The position numbers and the translations under genes are program-made. A DNA stretch of 64,000 nt from Isurus oxyrinchus (Eukaryota): NCBI GenBank assembly GCA_026770705.1, contig JANJGN010000021.1, positions 91,078,001 through 91,142,000 on the forward strand, given 5' to 3'. Shown piece by piece: positions 27,198-39,112 of the stretch (positions are counted from its first letter, which is position 1; each line of letters begins with the position of its first letter). The notes below the pieces were generated by a model that was not told the origin of the DNA, did not search any database, and saw nothing but the letters and a program-made list of their open reading frames with translations.

Positions 27198-27544
27198 AAT
27201 TCGGCAGTCCTCACCTGAGTAATTAAGTGCAATATCCAGAAGTTGTAGTCACCCATAGCCTGCTCATCCAGAGGGCAATCTGCTGCAAGCTTTCTGATCG
27301 ACTTGTCATTGAAGTCGCAGTAAATGTGTGAACATGGAGTACGTAACAATTGTGTTCACAAGCTTGTGTATTTAGGAATAATTGAGCATTCAATTACGTA
27401 TTGCATGAGACAGATGCTGAACAATGGCTCTCTGGCTCTGAAAAAAGGATGATTTTATAATTGTGGAGCCTCATTACCTCACATTAAAGTTAATGTTGTT
27501 CATTTAAAAGAGAGATATTTTCTTGTGTTTGCTTTTGTTTGTAG

Positions 27545-30500
27545 AATGATGGAGAAAGAAGGAAGGATTTAGATTTCAGGAACATTGAGACTTGCTCTGG
27601 GGAGATGGCACCGATTCCGCCAGAGGGGTTGCACCTAAATAGAGCAGAGATTGATTTATTTGTGGGGCGATTTGCTAGCACTATTGGGGAGGATTTCAAC
27701 TAACCTGGCTGGGGTGTGAGAAGCAGGAGTTAATATCAGAGAGCAATACCAAGGTACACAGAATGTGGGGATAGACAGATACCGCTGAAGAAGCAGATAG
27801 TAAGGGATGGAGTGAGAATAAGGAGTAAAGCAATAAAATCTAAATTATAAAAGCAAACCACCGTTGGTGCTGGAAATCGGAAGCAAAAGCAAAAATTTCT
27901 GGAAAAAACAGCATCTGCGGAGAGAAAGATAGAGTTAACATTTCGAGTCCTTCTGACTCTTCTTCAGAACAAATGGTAAGTAGAAATGTGGTGAAATAAA
28001 TACTGTTTAAAGGGGGTGAAACTGGATGGAAGGCCAGTGATTGGTGGAGGTAAAAGATAGATTGCAAAATATGTCATCAGAAAAAGGACGAGGGGGTGTT
28101 GATGGTGGTGATACTGGCTAAAGGAGGTGCAAATTAAGAGTAGAAATCAGGATGAGCAAGTGACAGATGGCCCGAGTGGGGGGTGGGGTGAGGGAGGCGA
28201 TGGTTTGGAGAAAAGATCGAAATAGGCTAAAAGGTGGGGATAAAACAATGAACGGAATTTTTTTTAAATAATAGAAATAGGTGGGAAAAATAAATATTTA
28301 TTTTTTTAATTGTAAAAGGTAATCAAAAAGGGGTGAGGATGGAGGAGAAAGTTCAAAATCTAATTTATGAACACTGTGCTTGTTTGTGAATGCACAATGT
28401 GTAGTAACTTTCCCGTTACAGAGATAGATTGCCTTTTAGAAATATCATTTCGTAGCTATAACAAAGACCTGAATCAAAGAAGATCAGCACTGTGTAGTGA
28501 ATTTCCTGGATACAATGTGTTCAGGAAATGTAAGAAAAGAAGGGGTAGCGGCTTTGATTAATGAGAATATTTCAGTGATAGAAGCAGGGGATACCCCAGA
28601 AAAGTTAAGCACTAAAGTTAAGAATCTATTTGGCTAGAGCTGAGGAAAGAAAAACCTGTAATTAAATTGCTCATTGTAAACTACACGCCACCACGGAGTC
28701 AGAAAGGGATGTCGAAATTTGCAAGGAGATTACAGAGTAGTCGTAATGGCGGGCTTTATGTGTATGAATATAGACTGGGATAGTAGTAGTGTAAAGAGTA
28801 GAGAGGAGCGAGCGTTCCTAGAATGCATTCAGGAAAATTTGCTGCAGTAGTATATATTTCCAATCAAAAGAGGAAAGCAGCGCTCCAAGAGCTAGTTCGT
28901 GGGCATTAAGGGAGCTAAGTGGATCAATGATCAGTCAGAGAGTATTTAGGGGTTAGTGATCATTGTATCCTATGGTTTAGGTTGGCCATGAAAAAATACA
29001 AAGGACAATTGAGAGTAAGAATAATTAACTAGGGAAAGCCAACTTCAGTTGGTCAAGAATAGATCCAGACCAGATATATTGGAATCAACGGTCGGCAGGT
29101 AAAGCTGTAATTGAACAATGGGCTGCTGTGTGAAAGAGACAGTCCTGGCAGTCAAGATTTATTCCCACGAAGGGGAGAGGTAGGGCAAAAATATCCAGAG
29201 CACACAGAGTGACGAAATAGAGATTAGGTTGAAGACAAATATGCCTGATTATGACAGATGTCAGATGGATAATACAGCTGGGATCTAGGCTGAATATTGA
29301 AGGTTCGGGGAAAAGCGAAAGAGCAGGGAAAGAAAAATAAAAGGGAGTGGTGTTGATAGGTGACTTGCACCTAACGCAAAAAGGAATCCAAAATTCTTCT
29401 GTAGGCATATAAATACTAAAACGGCAGTAAAAAGAACAGTGGGCAGATTGGAGAAACCTGAGGTATTAAAATAATACTACGCATGTGTCTTTACCAAGCA
29501 AGAGGATTCTATGCATATCATGGTGACATAGGAGGTAATTTAGAGACTTGAAGGGTTAAAATTGATAAGGAAAAGTTATTGAGTAGGCTCGCTGTGCTTA
29601 AAATCGATAATACACTGATCTTGGATGAGTTGCATCCAAAGATACTGAGAAAAATGAGAGTGGAAATGGCAGAGCAACTGGCCATAATGTTACAGACTCC
29701 CTTAGACTCAGGGTAGTGCCAGGGGACTGGAGAGTTGCAAATATCATGCCCTTTTTCAAAAAATCTGTGTAAAGGTAAACTTGGCAACTAAAGGCCCGTC
29801 AGTTTAACTTCATTGGTGGGGAATCTCCCGGGAACAATAATTTGCGACAAACTTAATACTTGCTTGTGGGGAATGAGGGTTAATTCAGGAAAGCCAGCAC
29901 TAACGTGGTGAAGTTTTTTAATAAGGTACCAGAGAGATTTGATGAGGGTAATGTTGCTAATATATTGTACACAGACTTCCAAAAAGCATTTGATACAATG
30001 CCGCACAACAGAATTGTAAGCAAAGTTGCAGCCCATGGATTAAAAGGGACAGGAGCAACATGGATGCGAACATTTTTAAGAGTGGGTGTATAACCTGGCT
30101 GGAAATATGCCCGTCATTGAAAGTGGTCAGACAAATTGACTGTGCAGTTGGCAAAGAGTACATCATCCTAGGTTTTATTAACAAGGGCATAGACTGAAAA
30201 AGCAAGCGAGTTATGTTAAACTAGAATAAAACATTAACTTGGCCTCAACTATAGTATTGCGACCAGATCTTGCAATTTTTGGAATGAGGAACTTGAGTTG
30301 CGTAGACTGATTGTTGGATTTGGAATTGTTTTTCTTGGAGAAGAGAAGGCTGAGAGGAGATTTGAGGGTGATATTCAAAATCATGTGCAGTCCGAGCAGA
30401 GTACTTACAATCCCACTGGTGAAAGAATCGAGAACCAGAGAGCACAGATTTGATATAACAGGAAAAATAATAATGCAAACATGAGCAGCAACCTTTTCGC

Positions 30501-30705
30501 CCAGTGAGTAGTTGGAAACTAACATTCACTGCCTGAGAGCTTGGTGGAGACAGTTGAATCGCAGCAATTGGGTAATGATCTGAAAAGGAATAATTTGCAA
30601 AGTTACATGGCTAAAAGGGGGCAGTGGCGCTGGGGAAATTGTTTCTTTGGTGAGACTCTGTAGACACAATGGGCTGAAAGGCCTTCTCATATGATTCTGT
30701 GATTC
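27545..30705 (+). mobile_element. Decayed CR1 LINE, interrupted by a Penelope-like fragment
   Basis: ORF1 esterase remnant near 27560-27700; PGYNVFRK endonuclease; LYTDFQKAFDTMPHNRIVSKVAAHGLKG reverse transcriptase; attctgtgattc tail. Confidence 0.85.
27840..28365 (-). mobile_element. Penelope-like terminal repeat/3' end inserted in a CR1
   Basis: Homologous to the 3' end of the GIY-YIG element at 58985-59350; contains gttCTGAAGAAgagtcagaaggactcGAAAtgttaac on the minus strand. Confidence 0.7.
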
Positions 30706-31474
30706 AATTTTCTCTCTGCCCCTTTATTGTATCCGCTTTTTCTAATCTATATTTTGTTTCCTCCATATTAACGAATTCTTTTTTTATATTTCCTGCTTTC
30801 CATTTTATGATCCTTTATGAGTGAGTGGGAATTTGTCAATTCGGTTCTCTGAAGAGCCTTGCAGTGTTTTACTTTGTCCAGATGTCACAAATTTCGTCGA
30901 AATGACGCTGTGCTGAAGCCAATTCTCCATGAAAGGATGTTTCCATTCCAAAGCCTGTCAAAACTCCACCCACTCACCCATCCACTTATCAATTCGCTAA
31001 CCCACTGCAGCACCTGAGGTCTTCAGAAATTTACCCGAAGGCGGCAGCTACTGCCGTGGAAAAGGGCCGTGCACTGCATTCTTCCGTCTTTTCTTGTGTT
31101 GGACGATCTTCCCTGCGGACATCTATGATGACCCATCAATGTTTCAGTCAGGATGGAAAGTCCCCGCTGAAAAATCCCAAAAGATTATCAGGTTATAGAA
31201 ATCTTTGCGGGCAGCGTCAATGCAGGCTGCATTAAAGTTAATCGGGATACCTGGGCCGATGTTAACAAACATCATAGCATGCGCCTTTGAAAAGCATCAA
31301 CTTGGACAATTTGCCGTTCTTCATTCAAAACGTATGGATACAATTCAACCAGTCGACCTCACAAAAATCTTAACTTCAGAAAACCGAGTGAATGACAAGA
31401 CTTGGAACAGAGTTTTGCATGCGATAACAGCTCACTACGCTTGCCCACTCAAACAATTTTGATGTCCGTTCCAG

Positions 31475-31510
31475 AACTCAAGGCTTTGAGCAGCATTCTA
31501 CAAAAAACAG
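31475..31510 (+). CDS. Microexon 10 (36 nt): ELKALSSILQKT
   Basis: ttttgatgtccgttccag|AACTCA...AAAACAG|gtgact. Confidence 0.78.
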
Positions 31511-31943
31511 GTGACTGCAAAATATTAAGTTCAGTGTATCGTTAGTGAAAATTTGCCGGGGGTAAACAGTCGGCGGTAAATTAGCAGCAAAATTGTATGC
31601 TTTAACAATTAGTATAAGCGCGATGTTTCTGAAAAGAAACGGGGTTTAAAAAATCAACTTCAACCCGGTTGCAAAATAGGTGCCCTTCATTTACGTTCCA
31701 AGAGTTTTGAAAGGAAAAATGGTCTGAATGTACGATCTACCACTGCCCGATTTACACCACAGTAGAACTTGAATTTTACCGCAAGAGCAGTAAGACTTGC
31801 GAAAAGCAGTTAAGATAAAGATTTGGGGTATTACAATCATCCATTATAGATATCAGCATAACTGTTGATTTTTTGCACTGTTTGAAACGATTCAAAACTT
31901 TGTTTCTACTAACGTTAACGTATACCAGGAAATAAACGTTTTA

Positions 31944-33134
31944 AAATTCAACTTAAACCCGGTACATCGAGCACAGAATGACGGATTGCTATGCGAGCCC
32001 AGATATACCTGAGCTTCGGGTTTCATTTAACTGCCGCCTGAGACTGCAGGCGCGAAGCCAACCAATGCTCGGTAGGGGGGAGAAATCGATCAGCTACCAA
32101 ATAGGGTATCGGGGGAATATCATCATGACTGGGTCAGCAAGGTGCTGGCAGTGGGATCGAGCTGACTGGACATAAGGAAATGATGGGGTTTTTTTATCCA
32201 AACAATCTGTTGGTATTACAGAACTGGAATATTGTTAAAAAGAGAAACATACTGCCAAATATTTTCGTCTTGCACTCACCAGGACAAACGCAAGATAGCA
32301 AAAAAAAAAACAATCGCAAAAAATTAAACTACATGGGAAAAGGCCGCTGATTGGTTGCCAAATCGACTCCACATGGCCGATACGTTGCCATGGAGAAAGC
32401 AACAGTGAACTATCGGCTCCCCAAGCTTATGCGTAATTTGAAAATGGCGCAAGGCTTGAACATATTTCTTTTGCTTACACAAAACAGGCCCACACCTGTG
32501 AATGTATGTCGCTTCTTGCAGGTGTAAATGAGCCACTTTCCAAGCTACACTGATTATCTTAAACTTGCTCTTAGAGTAGCTATCAGCACACAGAGTAAAG
32601 CTCAGCATGTGCTGCCGAATCGAGGAATTTGTAGTTTGAATTTTGCGAGTGTGAGCTGGTGGAGTATAGTCTGTGCTCTGCCTATTACAAACAACCGAAG
32701 GAGCATGTAGTTTAATTCGATAAATGAATCGTTGTGACATATGCCTACGTGCCTGGCACTGCAATCCGTACAAGACATTTTTGGATTGTTTGGCGAGCAG
32801 AACAACTTTCTGGTCTTTGTGGTCGTATCCTGTCAACGGAAATTCGCACTCGTGTAGCCAATGCATCGTATAAAGGTGAAACGGCTTGCTGAACCTGTTG
32901 CTCCAATTTTTGGCATACTTTGCCTTTCCTGGGAAATTTTAAATAGACCTGGCGCTTTCCAGGTCAGAAATTGACAGTTAGCAAATCAGAGTCGACTAAT
33001 CAGCACCCTTTCTTCTGTGGAATATATTTTCGTCATAGTTTAAAATCTGGCTTTCTTCCATTTGCTCAGATATATCTGGGCTCGCAGAGCAATCCGTCAT
33101 TCCGTGCTCGATGTACCGGGTTTAAGTTGAATTT
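31944..33134. repeat. 71-bp inverted repeat (31944-32014 vs 33064-33134)
   Basis: Arms are reverse complements with 3 mismatches by manual comparison. Confidence 0.95.
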
Positions 33135-33190
33135 GTCCTATTGACAGCAAAACGAAAAGCGTCGACAGCACGTATCTTTTTTTCTACAGT
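32235..33190 (-). mobile_element. Penelope-like element, GIY-YIG C-terminal remnant, with inverted terminal-repeat copies
   Basis: ORF 32324-32866 NVLYGLQCQ...SQRFIYRIKLH...SSIRQHML...FKIISVA...LHLQEATYIHRCGPVLCKQK; matching terminal segments near 32260 (-) and 33135 (+). Confidence 0.8.
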
Positions 33191-33681
33191 ATTCAAGCTT
33201 CTTTATCCATTATCCAGAAAATAAAGATTGACAACGATTGCGCTGTGTCGAGTGGCCCCTTAAGGAAAGTTGATTCTGCCTCTTAAGGTGTGAAAAGCGA
33301 CACGAAATTGTGCCTGAAATTCATATCCTTGATCATGCAACCCGCGGTGTCCCCATTTGAGATTATTTGGGTTATTGGCTGCTAAAGGCCCATATCCTGA
33401 ACTTAGTTTTCGAATCCGACATAGTGCCTCCCACATTTCAAGCCCAAATGATCTGGACAGACTACAACAAACAATTTCGAAGCCATGAGATCAACTTTCC
33501 CTAATTACCCACTTGGCTACAACTGGGACAATATTGATCAGTTATTGCAAGCAAGGCACTTTATCAATTAAATATAGCTTTTTTGCATTACCTGACAGCT
33601 TCAGGTCAAAGCTAGTCTAGTTGATGTGGAGACAGAAAGGTTTCATAGGCTGTCCTGAACAATCCTGCCTATCTTTTTCAG

Positions 33682-33708
33682 AAGCACTTTTGGCTGAAAG
33701 AGAGAAAG
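33682..33708 (+). CDS. Microexon 11 (27 nt): EALLAEREK
   Basis: cctatctttttcag|AAGCAC...AGAGAAAG|gtaaac. Confidence 0.85.
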
Positions 33709-33813
33709 GTAAACGCGTTTAATCGTGTAGATTCTATTTCTTCCACAAAATTTTAATATATGTTGGAGTGACTTTCTATGAAGAATATCCTAATTTTTTT
33801 TAATTAACTTTAG

Positions 33814-33840
33814 AGTTGGATGCGAAGTGTAATCCCGACA
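33814..33840 (+). CDS. Microexon 12 (27 nt): ELDAKCNPD
   Basis: tttttttaattaactttag|AGTTGG...CCCGACA|gtgagt. Confidence 0.8.
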
Positions 33841-34359
33841 GTGAGTATTGCAAACTAATAAAACAGCAGTTAGTATGTACAGCCAAGCATTTAGTTTAGT
33901 CACCAGCGTCACGAGAATCGATAGAACAACATGGAAATGTCTGCTAATGACATTAGGATGTAATGATATCAGGCATTAACTTCTCTGTAATGTTCGTTCT
34001 TTATGGACATTATAGAGAAGTTACTTACAAAATTGATTTCACTCTTGCAGCCATTTTCCAGTCTAAATCCGCATCCAATTTTCCTGCCAGCCTGAATACA
34101 TTAGGCTGGAATGTGAAAATGGACGTAAGCCAACGGGACAAAAATGCCCGAAACTAGTGTAATGTATCAGTACAAAATTACAAATTTCAAGCCGTTGCAT
34201 GTTAAGTAAAAGAGAGATAATTTTAATTGTTGGCCATGATGTAAAACTGACATGATCCAATTCACCAGCCATTATACATTTCATGATTTCCGCTATCAAA
34301 TTTTTCACATCCTGTCAAAATTGAAACTATCCCCAGCAATTTTAACAATATTTTTCTAT

Positions 34360-37300
34360 TATTCATTCACGGGGTGTGGGTTTCATTGGCTGGGTCAACA
34401 TTTATTGCCAATCCCTAGGTGCCTTTGAGAAGGTGGTGTGAGATGCCCTCTTGAACGGCTGCAGTCCAAGTGGTATAGGTACATCCACGGTGCTGTTAGG
34501 GAGGGAGTTCCAGTACTTTGACCCAGCGTCAGTGAAGGACAGGCGATATATTCCCATGTAAGGGTGATGCGTGACTTGGAGGAGGACTTCCAGTTGCTCG
34601 TGTTCCATTTATCTGCCACCCTTGTCCGTCTAGATGGTAATGGTCGTGGGCTGGAAAGTTGCTGTCTAAGGGGCCATGGTGATTGCCTGCAACGCATCTT
34701 CTAGATGTTGCGCAATGCTGCTATTGTGCATCGGTGGTGGGGGGTGTGATGTTTGTGGATGTGGTTCAAATAAAGAGGACTGCTTTGTTTGGGACAATGT
34801 CAAGCTCCTTGAGCTATCCAGGCAAGTGGGGAGTATGCCATGAAACTCCTGGCTTGTGCCTTGTAGATGGTGGGAAGGCTTTGGGTAGTCATGATTCCTA
34901 GCCTCTGAACTGCCCTTGTAGCCACAGTGTTTATATAGCTAGTCCAGTTCAGTTTCTGGTCAATGGTAACTCCCAGAATGTTGATACTGGGGTATTCAGT
35001 GACGGTAATGTCATTTAATGCCAAGGGCCGATGGTTAGATTCTGTCTTGTTGGTGATGGTCATTGCCTGGCATTTGGGTGGCGCAAATGTTGTTTGCTAC
35101 TTGTCAGCTGAAGCCTGGATATTGTGCAGGTCTTGCTGCACTTGGGCATGGACTGCTTCAGTATCTGATGAGTCATGAATGGTGCTGAACATTGTGCAAT
35201 CATCGGCAAACATTCCTACTTCTGGCCTTAGGATGGAAAAAAGGTCATTAATGAAACAGCTGAAGATGTTTGGGCTGAGGACACTACCCTGAGGAATTCC
35301 TTCAGTGATGTCCTGGGGCTGCGATGACTGATCTCCAGCAACCACAACCAAATCTCTTTTTGCTAGGTATGACTCCAACCAGTGAGAATCTTCCTCCGAT
35401 TCCTGTTGACTCCAGCTTTGCCAGGGCTCCTTGAAGCCACAATCTGTCAAATGTTGCCTTGATGTCAAGGGCAGTCACTTTCACTTCACCTCGGGAGTTC
35501 GCTCTTTTGTCCATGTTTGAATCAAGGCTGTAATGACGTCAGGAGCTGAGCGGCCCTGGCGGAAACCATATTGGACATCAGTGAGCAGGTTATTGTTAAT
35601 CAAGTGCCACTTGATAGCATTGTTGTTGACATCTTCCATTGCTTTACTAATGATGGAGAGTAGGCTGATGGGGCAATAATTGGCCAGGTTGGATATGTCC
35701 ATTTTTTTGTGTACAGGACAAACCTGGGCAATTTTCCACAGAGCCAGATAGGTACAAGTGTTGTAGTTTTATTGGAGAAGGGGCGCAGCATGTCCTGGAG
35801 CACAAATCTTCAGCACTATTGCCAGAATATAGCCAGGACCATAGCCTTTGCAGTATCCAGTGTCTTCATCCGTTTCTTGATATCTGGTGGAGTCAATCGA
35901 GTTGGCTGAAGACTGGCAGCTATAATGCTGGGGGGCTCTGGAGGAAGCTGAGATGGATCATCCACTCGGCACTTCTGGCTGAAAATTATACCAAATGCTT
36001 CAGCCTTAGCTTTTTGCACTGATGTGCTGGGCTTTCCCATCATTGAGGATGGGGATATTTGTAAAGCCTCATCCTCCAGTGAGCTGCTTCATTGTCCATC
36101 ACCATTCACGACTGGTTGTGGCAGGGCTGCAGAGCTTAGGTCTAATGCTTTGCTTGTGGGATCTTTTAGATGTTTACTTGCTGCCTATGCAGTTAGGCAC
36201 GTAAGTATCCCTATGTTGTAGTTTCACCAGGTTGATACTCATTTTTATATATGCCTGGTGCTGTTCCTGGCATGCCCTCCTGCACTCCTCACTGAACCAG
36301 GATTGAACCCCTGGTTTGATGGTAATTGTAGACTGGGGGATATGCCGAGCTATGAGGTTACAGATTGTGTCTGAGTACAATTCTGCTGCTGCTAATGGCC
36401 CACAGCGGCTCGTGGATGTCCAACCTTGAGTTGTTGGATCTTTTCGAAATCTATCCAACTTAGCATGACGGTAGTGAACCACACAACTCGATGGGTATCC
36501 TCATTGTGAAGGTGGGACTTCATCTCGACAATGACTGTTACTACCGAACATGTCATAAACAGATGCAACTGCGGCAGACAGGTTGGTGAAGATGAAGTCA
36601 AGTTGGTTACCTCACCACCTGCTTATGAGCCAGTCTCGCAGCTACCTCCTTTTGGACTCGGCCAACAATGGTTCTACAGAGCCACTCTTGGTGATGGACA
36701 TTGAAGCCCCTACCCAGAGTATATTCTGGGCCCTTGCCACCCTCAGTGCTTCCTCCAAGTAGTGTTCAACATGGAGGAGCACTGAATTATCAGCAGAAGT
36801 TTTCCTTATCCATGTTTGACCTGATGCCATGACATGGGATCTGGAGTCAATCTTAAGGACTCCCAGCACAACTCCCTCCTGACTGTGCTACCATTTCTGC
36901 TGGGCATGTCCTATCTACCCAGGACAGCAACCGCTCTGATATTTAGTCCAGCCCAGTGACGATCGAGAATGTAGCAACTCGATAGGTGGACAGGAAGTAG
37001 GAGAGAATGTGGATAGAGTCGTCCTTGTGGCAACTGATTCTCAAACATTCGCTGCTGCTCAAGCATGCCTAATACAATGGGCACATGGATAGGGAACATC
37101 TCTAAGGTATGATTCCGTGAGGATGTCAAAATGTTTTGATTTACCTGTGAGACAGCCCTCTCAATTTTGGAGGAATTTGAAGGGTCGACAGGACTGGATT
37201 TGCCATTGTCATTTCTGGTGCCTTGGTCAAACCGGGTGGTCCCGTACAGGCTTTGAAGTTTTGTAGTGGTGTGATACAACTGAGTAGCTTGTTCGGGCGT

Positions 37301-37510
37301 TTACGTGTCAACCACATTGCTGTGGGTGTTTGGTCGCACCAGTTCCGGTGAACCACATGGGTTTTTTACAACAATGGACATTTATTAGACTTTTAGAATT
37401 CAAATTCCACCATCTACCGTGGCGAGATTCGAACATGGTTCTCCAGAGCATTTCCATGGGTGTCCGGATTGTTAGTCCAGCGGCAAAATCACTACGCCTT
37501 TGGCTCCCCA
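34360..37510 (-). mobile_element. Near full-length degenerate LINE (endonuclease + RT) with tRNA-like 5' head
   Basis: GIPQGSVLSPNIFSCFINDL...GMFADDCT; NYCPISLLSIISKAME; QYGFRQGRSAPD; ALDIKATFDRLW; many frameshifts. Confidence 0.92.
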
Positions 37511-38108
37511 AGGTAACGATGAGTGTTTTCCTGGGTTTATCCTGATGCTATGGAAATTCGTTCAAAGAAAGAGAAACGCGATGCCGGTCTCAGCGGGAAT
37601 TTTTTCCAAACGCGCCAATTAGCAAAGCATTACTAGAAAATTGTTTCTTTCCATATTTCTGAATTAATTTTACACCAGTTTTGAATCAGCACAATAGAAA
37701 TAAACAACCAAATACGGCTCTTCAGCCTGTGGCTGGAACCTTAACGAAGAACTCGAATTCTATCCGGCATAAGGATTCACGGACAGAAGTAAATATATAG
37801 AAAATGTGCGCTTAGTTTAAAGCTACAGTTTAACCAGTGCTATCGTTTGTTCCAACTTTTCTACGGGATATTTGCTTGATGCCTATTTATGCTTGTCTCT
37901 GCAGGCAAATATGCAGGAAATTCATAGAATGCAATGCAGCAACCGCTCTGATATTTCGTCCGATCCAGTGACGATCGAGGACGTAGCAACTCGATATGTG
38001 GACATGAAGTAGCAGAGAATGTGAATAGAGTCGTCCTTGTGGCAACTGATTCTCATACATTCGCTGCTGCTCATGCATGCCTTAAACAATGGGCGCACCA
38101 ATAGGGAA
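36925..38108 (+). repeat. 172-bp direct duplication (36925-37096 vs 37937-38108)
   Basis: Near-identical peptides EQQRM[F/Y]ENQLPQGRLY.HSLLL.VH.SSCY.LDRHW.G.NIRAVA in two minus-strand ORFs; copies are colinear. Confidence 0.93.
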
Positions 38109-38489
38109 ACCTGATACACATTTTCATCTATTTATTCAACGTTCCAGTACCCATTTTCAGTTTGATCTGAAACGTCTATCTCACCAAACATGTTGGTAAA
38201 CTTTTATCATAGCCCTGCGAAGACTTCTGTGCAGTGGAACTAGTGAATCGTATATTGCTACTCAAAAGTCAGCGGCTTGTTTCAAGAATGTCGGGAAACG
38301 ACACGGCCTTAGCTTCCAAGTCCTGGCTTTGATTATGCAGGTCAAAAGAATACCTACAGCTGTCCTCCTAACTTCAACCTCCAACTGTTCATTTGCACCT
38401 TCCACACGAATGTTCTTCTTGCAGCTATTGCTGCCCCTCCACCGTCCGCTCCCTGTTAAATAAAAAAAGACTTTGAAGAAATGCTGAAG

Positions 38490-38715
38490 GAAGAGGGTGA
38501 CAGCATGTCGAAGCTTTTCGCCTTGCAACCATCAAGGCAGAACAGAAAGAATACCAAACCTTAAAGCGACAATTAGCATTGCATAAGAAGTGGGTTCTGG
38601 CTTGTTGGCAAGTGGGCTATGATTGGTAGAAGCCTTGCCATGGAGACCGGACCGGGGAGCAGTTAACACCATTAACGCTAAGTTCTTTTGCTAAAAATGG
38701 AACCAGGCAAGTCGG
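38490..38715 (-). mobile_element. Penelope-like terminal-repeat fragment
   Basis: gacagcatgtcgaagcttttcgccttgca... and gattggtagaagccttgccatggaga match the repeat at 32260-32410. Confidence 0.6.
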
Positions 38716-38953
38716 GTTTGATTTGTCAAGCCGCCCCGGCATCCTCCACCGCCACCCCGCCCCACCCCCCCCCCCCCACCCCCCCACCACAACTCCCCCG
38801 CCGCCCCCCCACCCCCACCCACCCAAAGCACCAAATTTTTGTTTAGTTGAAAAAGACACAAACGCAACAATGAATTTAATTTGCATGCTGCTTTTTCAGT
38901 TGTTTTCGTGGGATATGTGCCAGTCATAACCACTTAATTTATTTATTTTGCAG

Positions 38954-38980
38954 ATGAGAGAATAGTCGAATTGAGAGCGG
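38954..38980 (+). CDS. Microexon 13 (27 nt): NERIVELRA
   Basis: tttatttattttgcag|ATGAGA...AGAGCGG|gtaagt; consensus donor. Confidence 0.88.
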
Positions 38981-39085
38981 GTAAGTATTTCAAGTGTTTC
39001 AAATGGGTTTTATTCAATTACCCTTGATTGCAGATTGTAGATTCCAACTGGGGTGATTAAATAACGTGTTATTTTTGATTCGCAG

Positions 39086-39112
39086 AAATCAGGCAACTGC
39101 GTGCATCCGCAA
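39086..39112 (+). CDS. Microexon 14 (27 nt): EIRQLRASA
   Basis: ttatttttgattcgcag|AAATCA...TCCGCAA|gtcagt. Confidence 0.75.
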
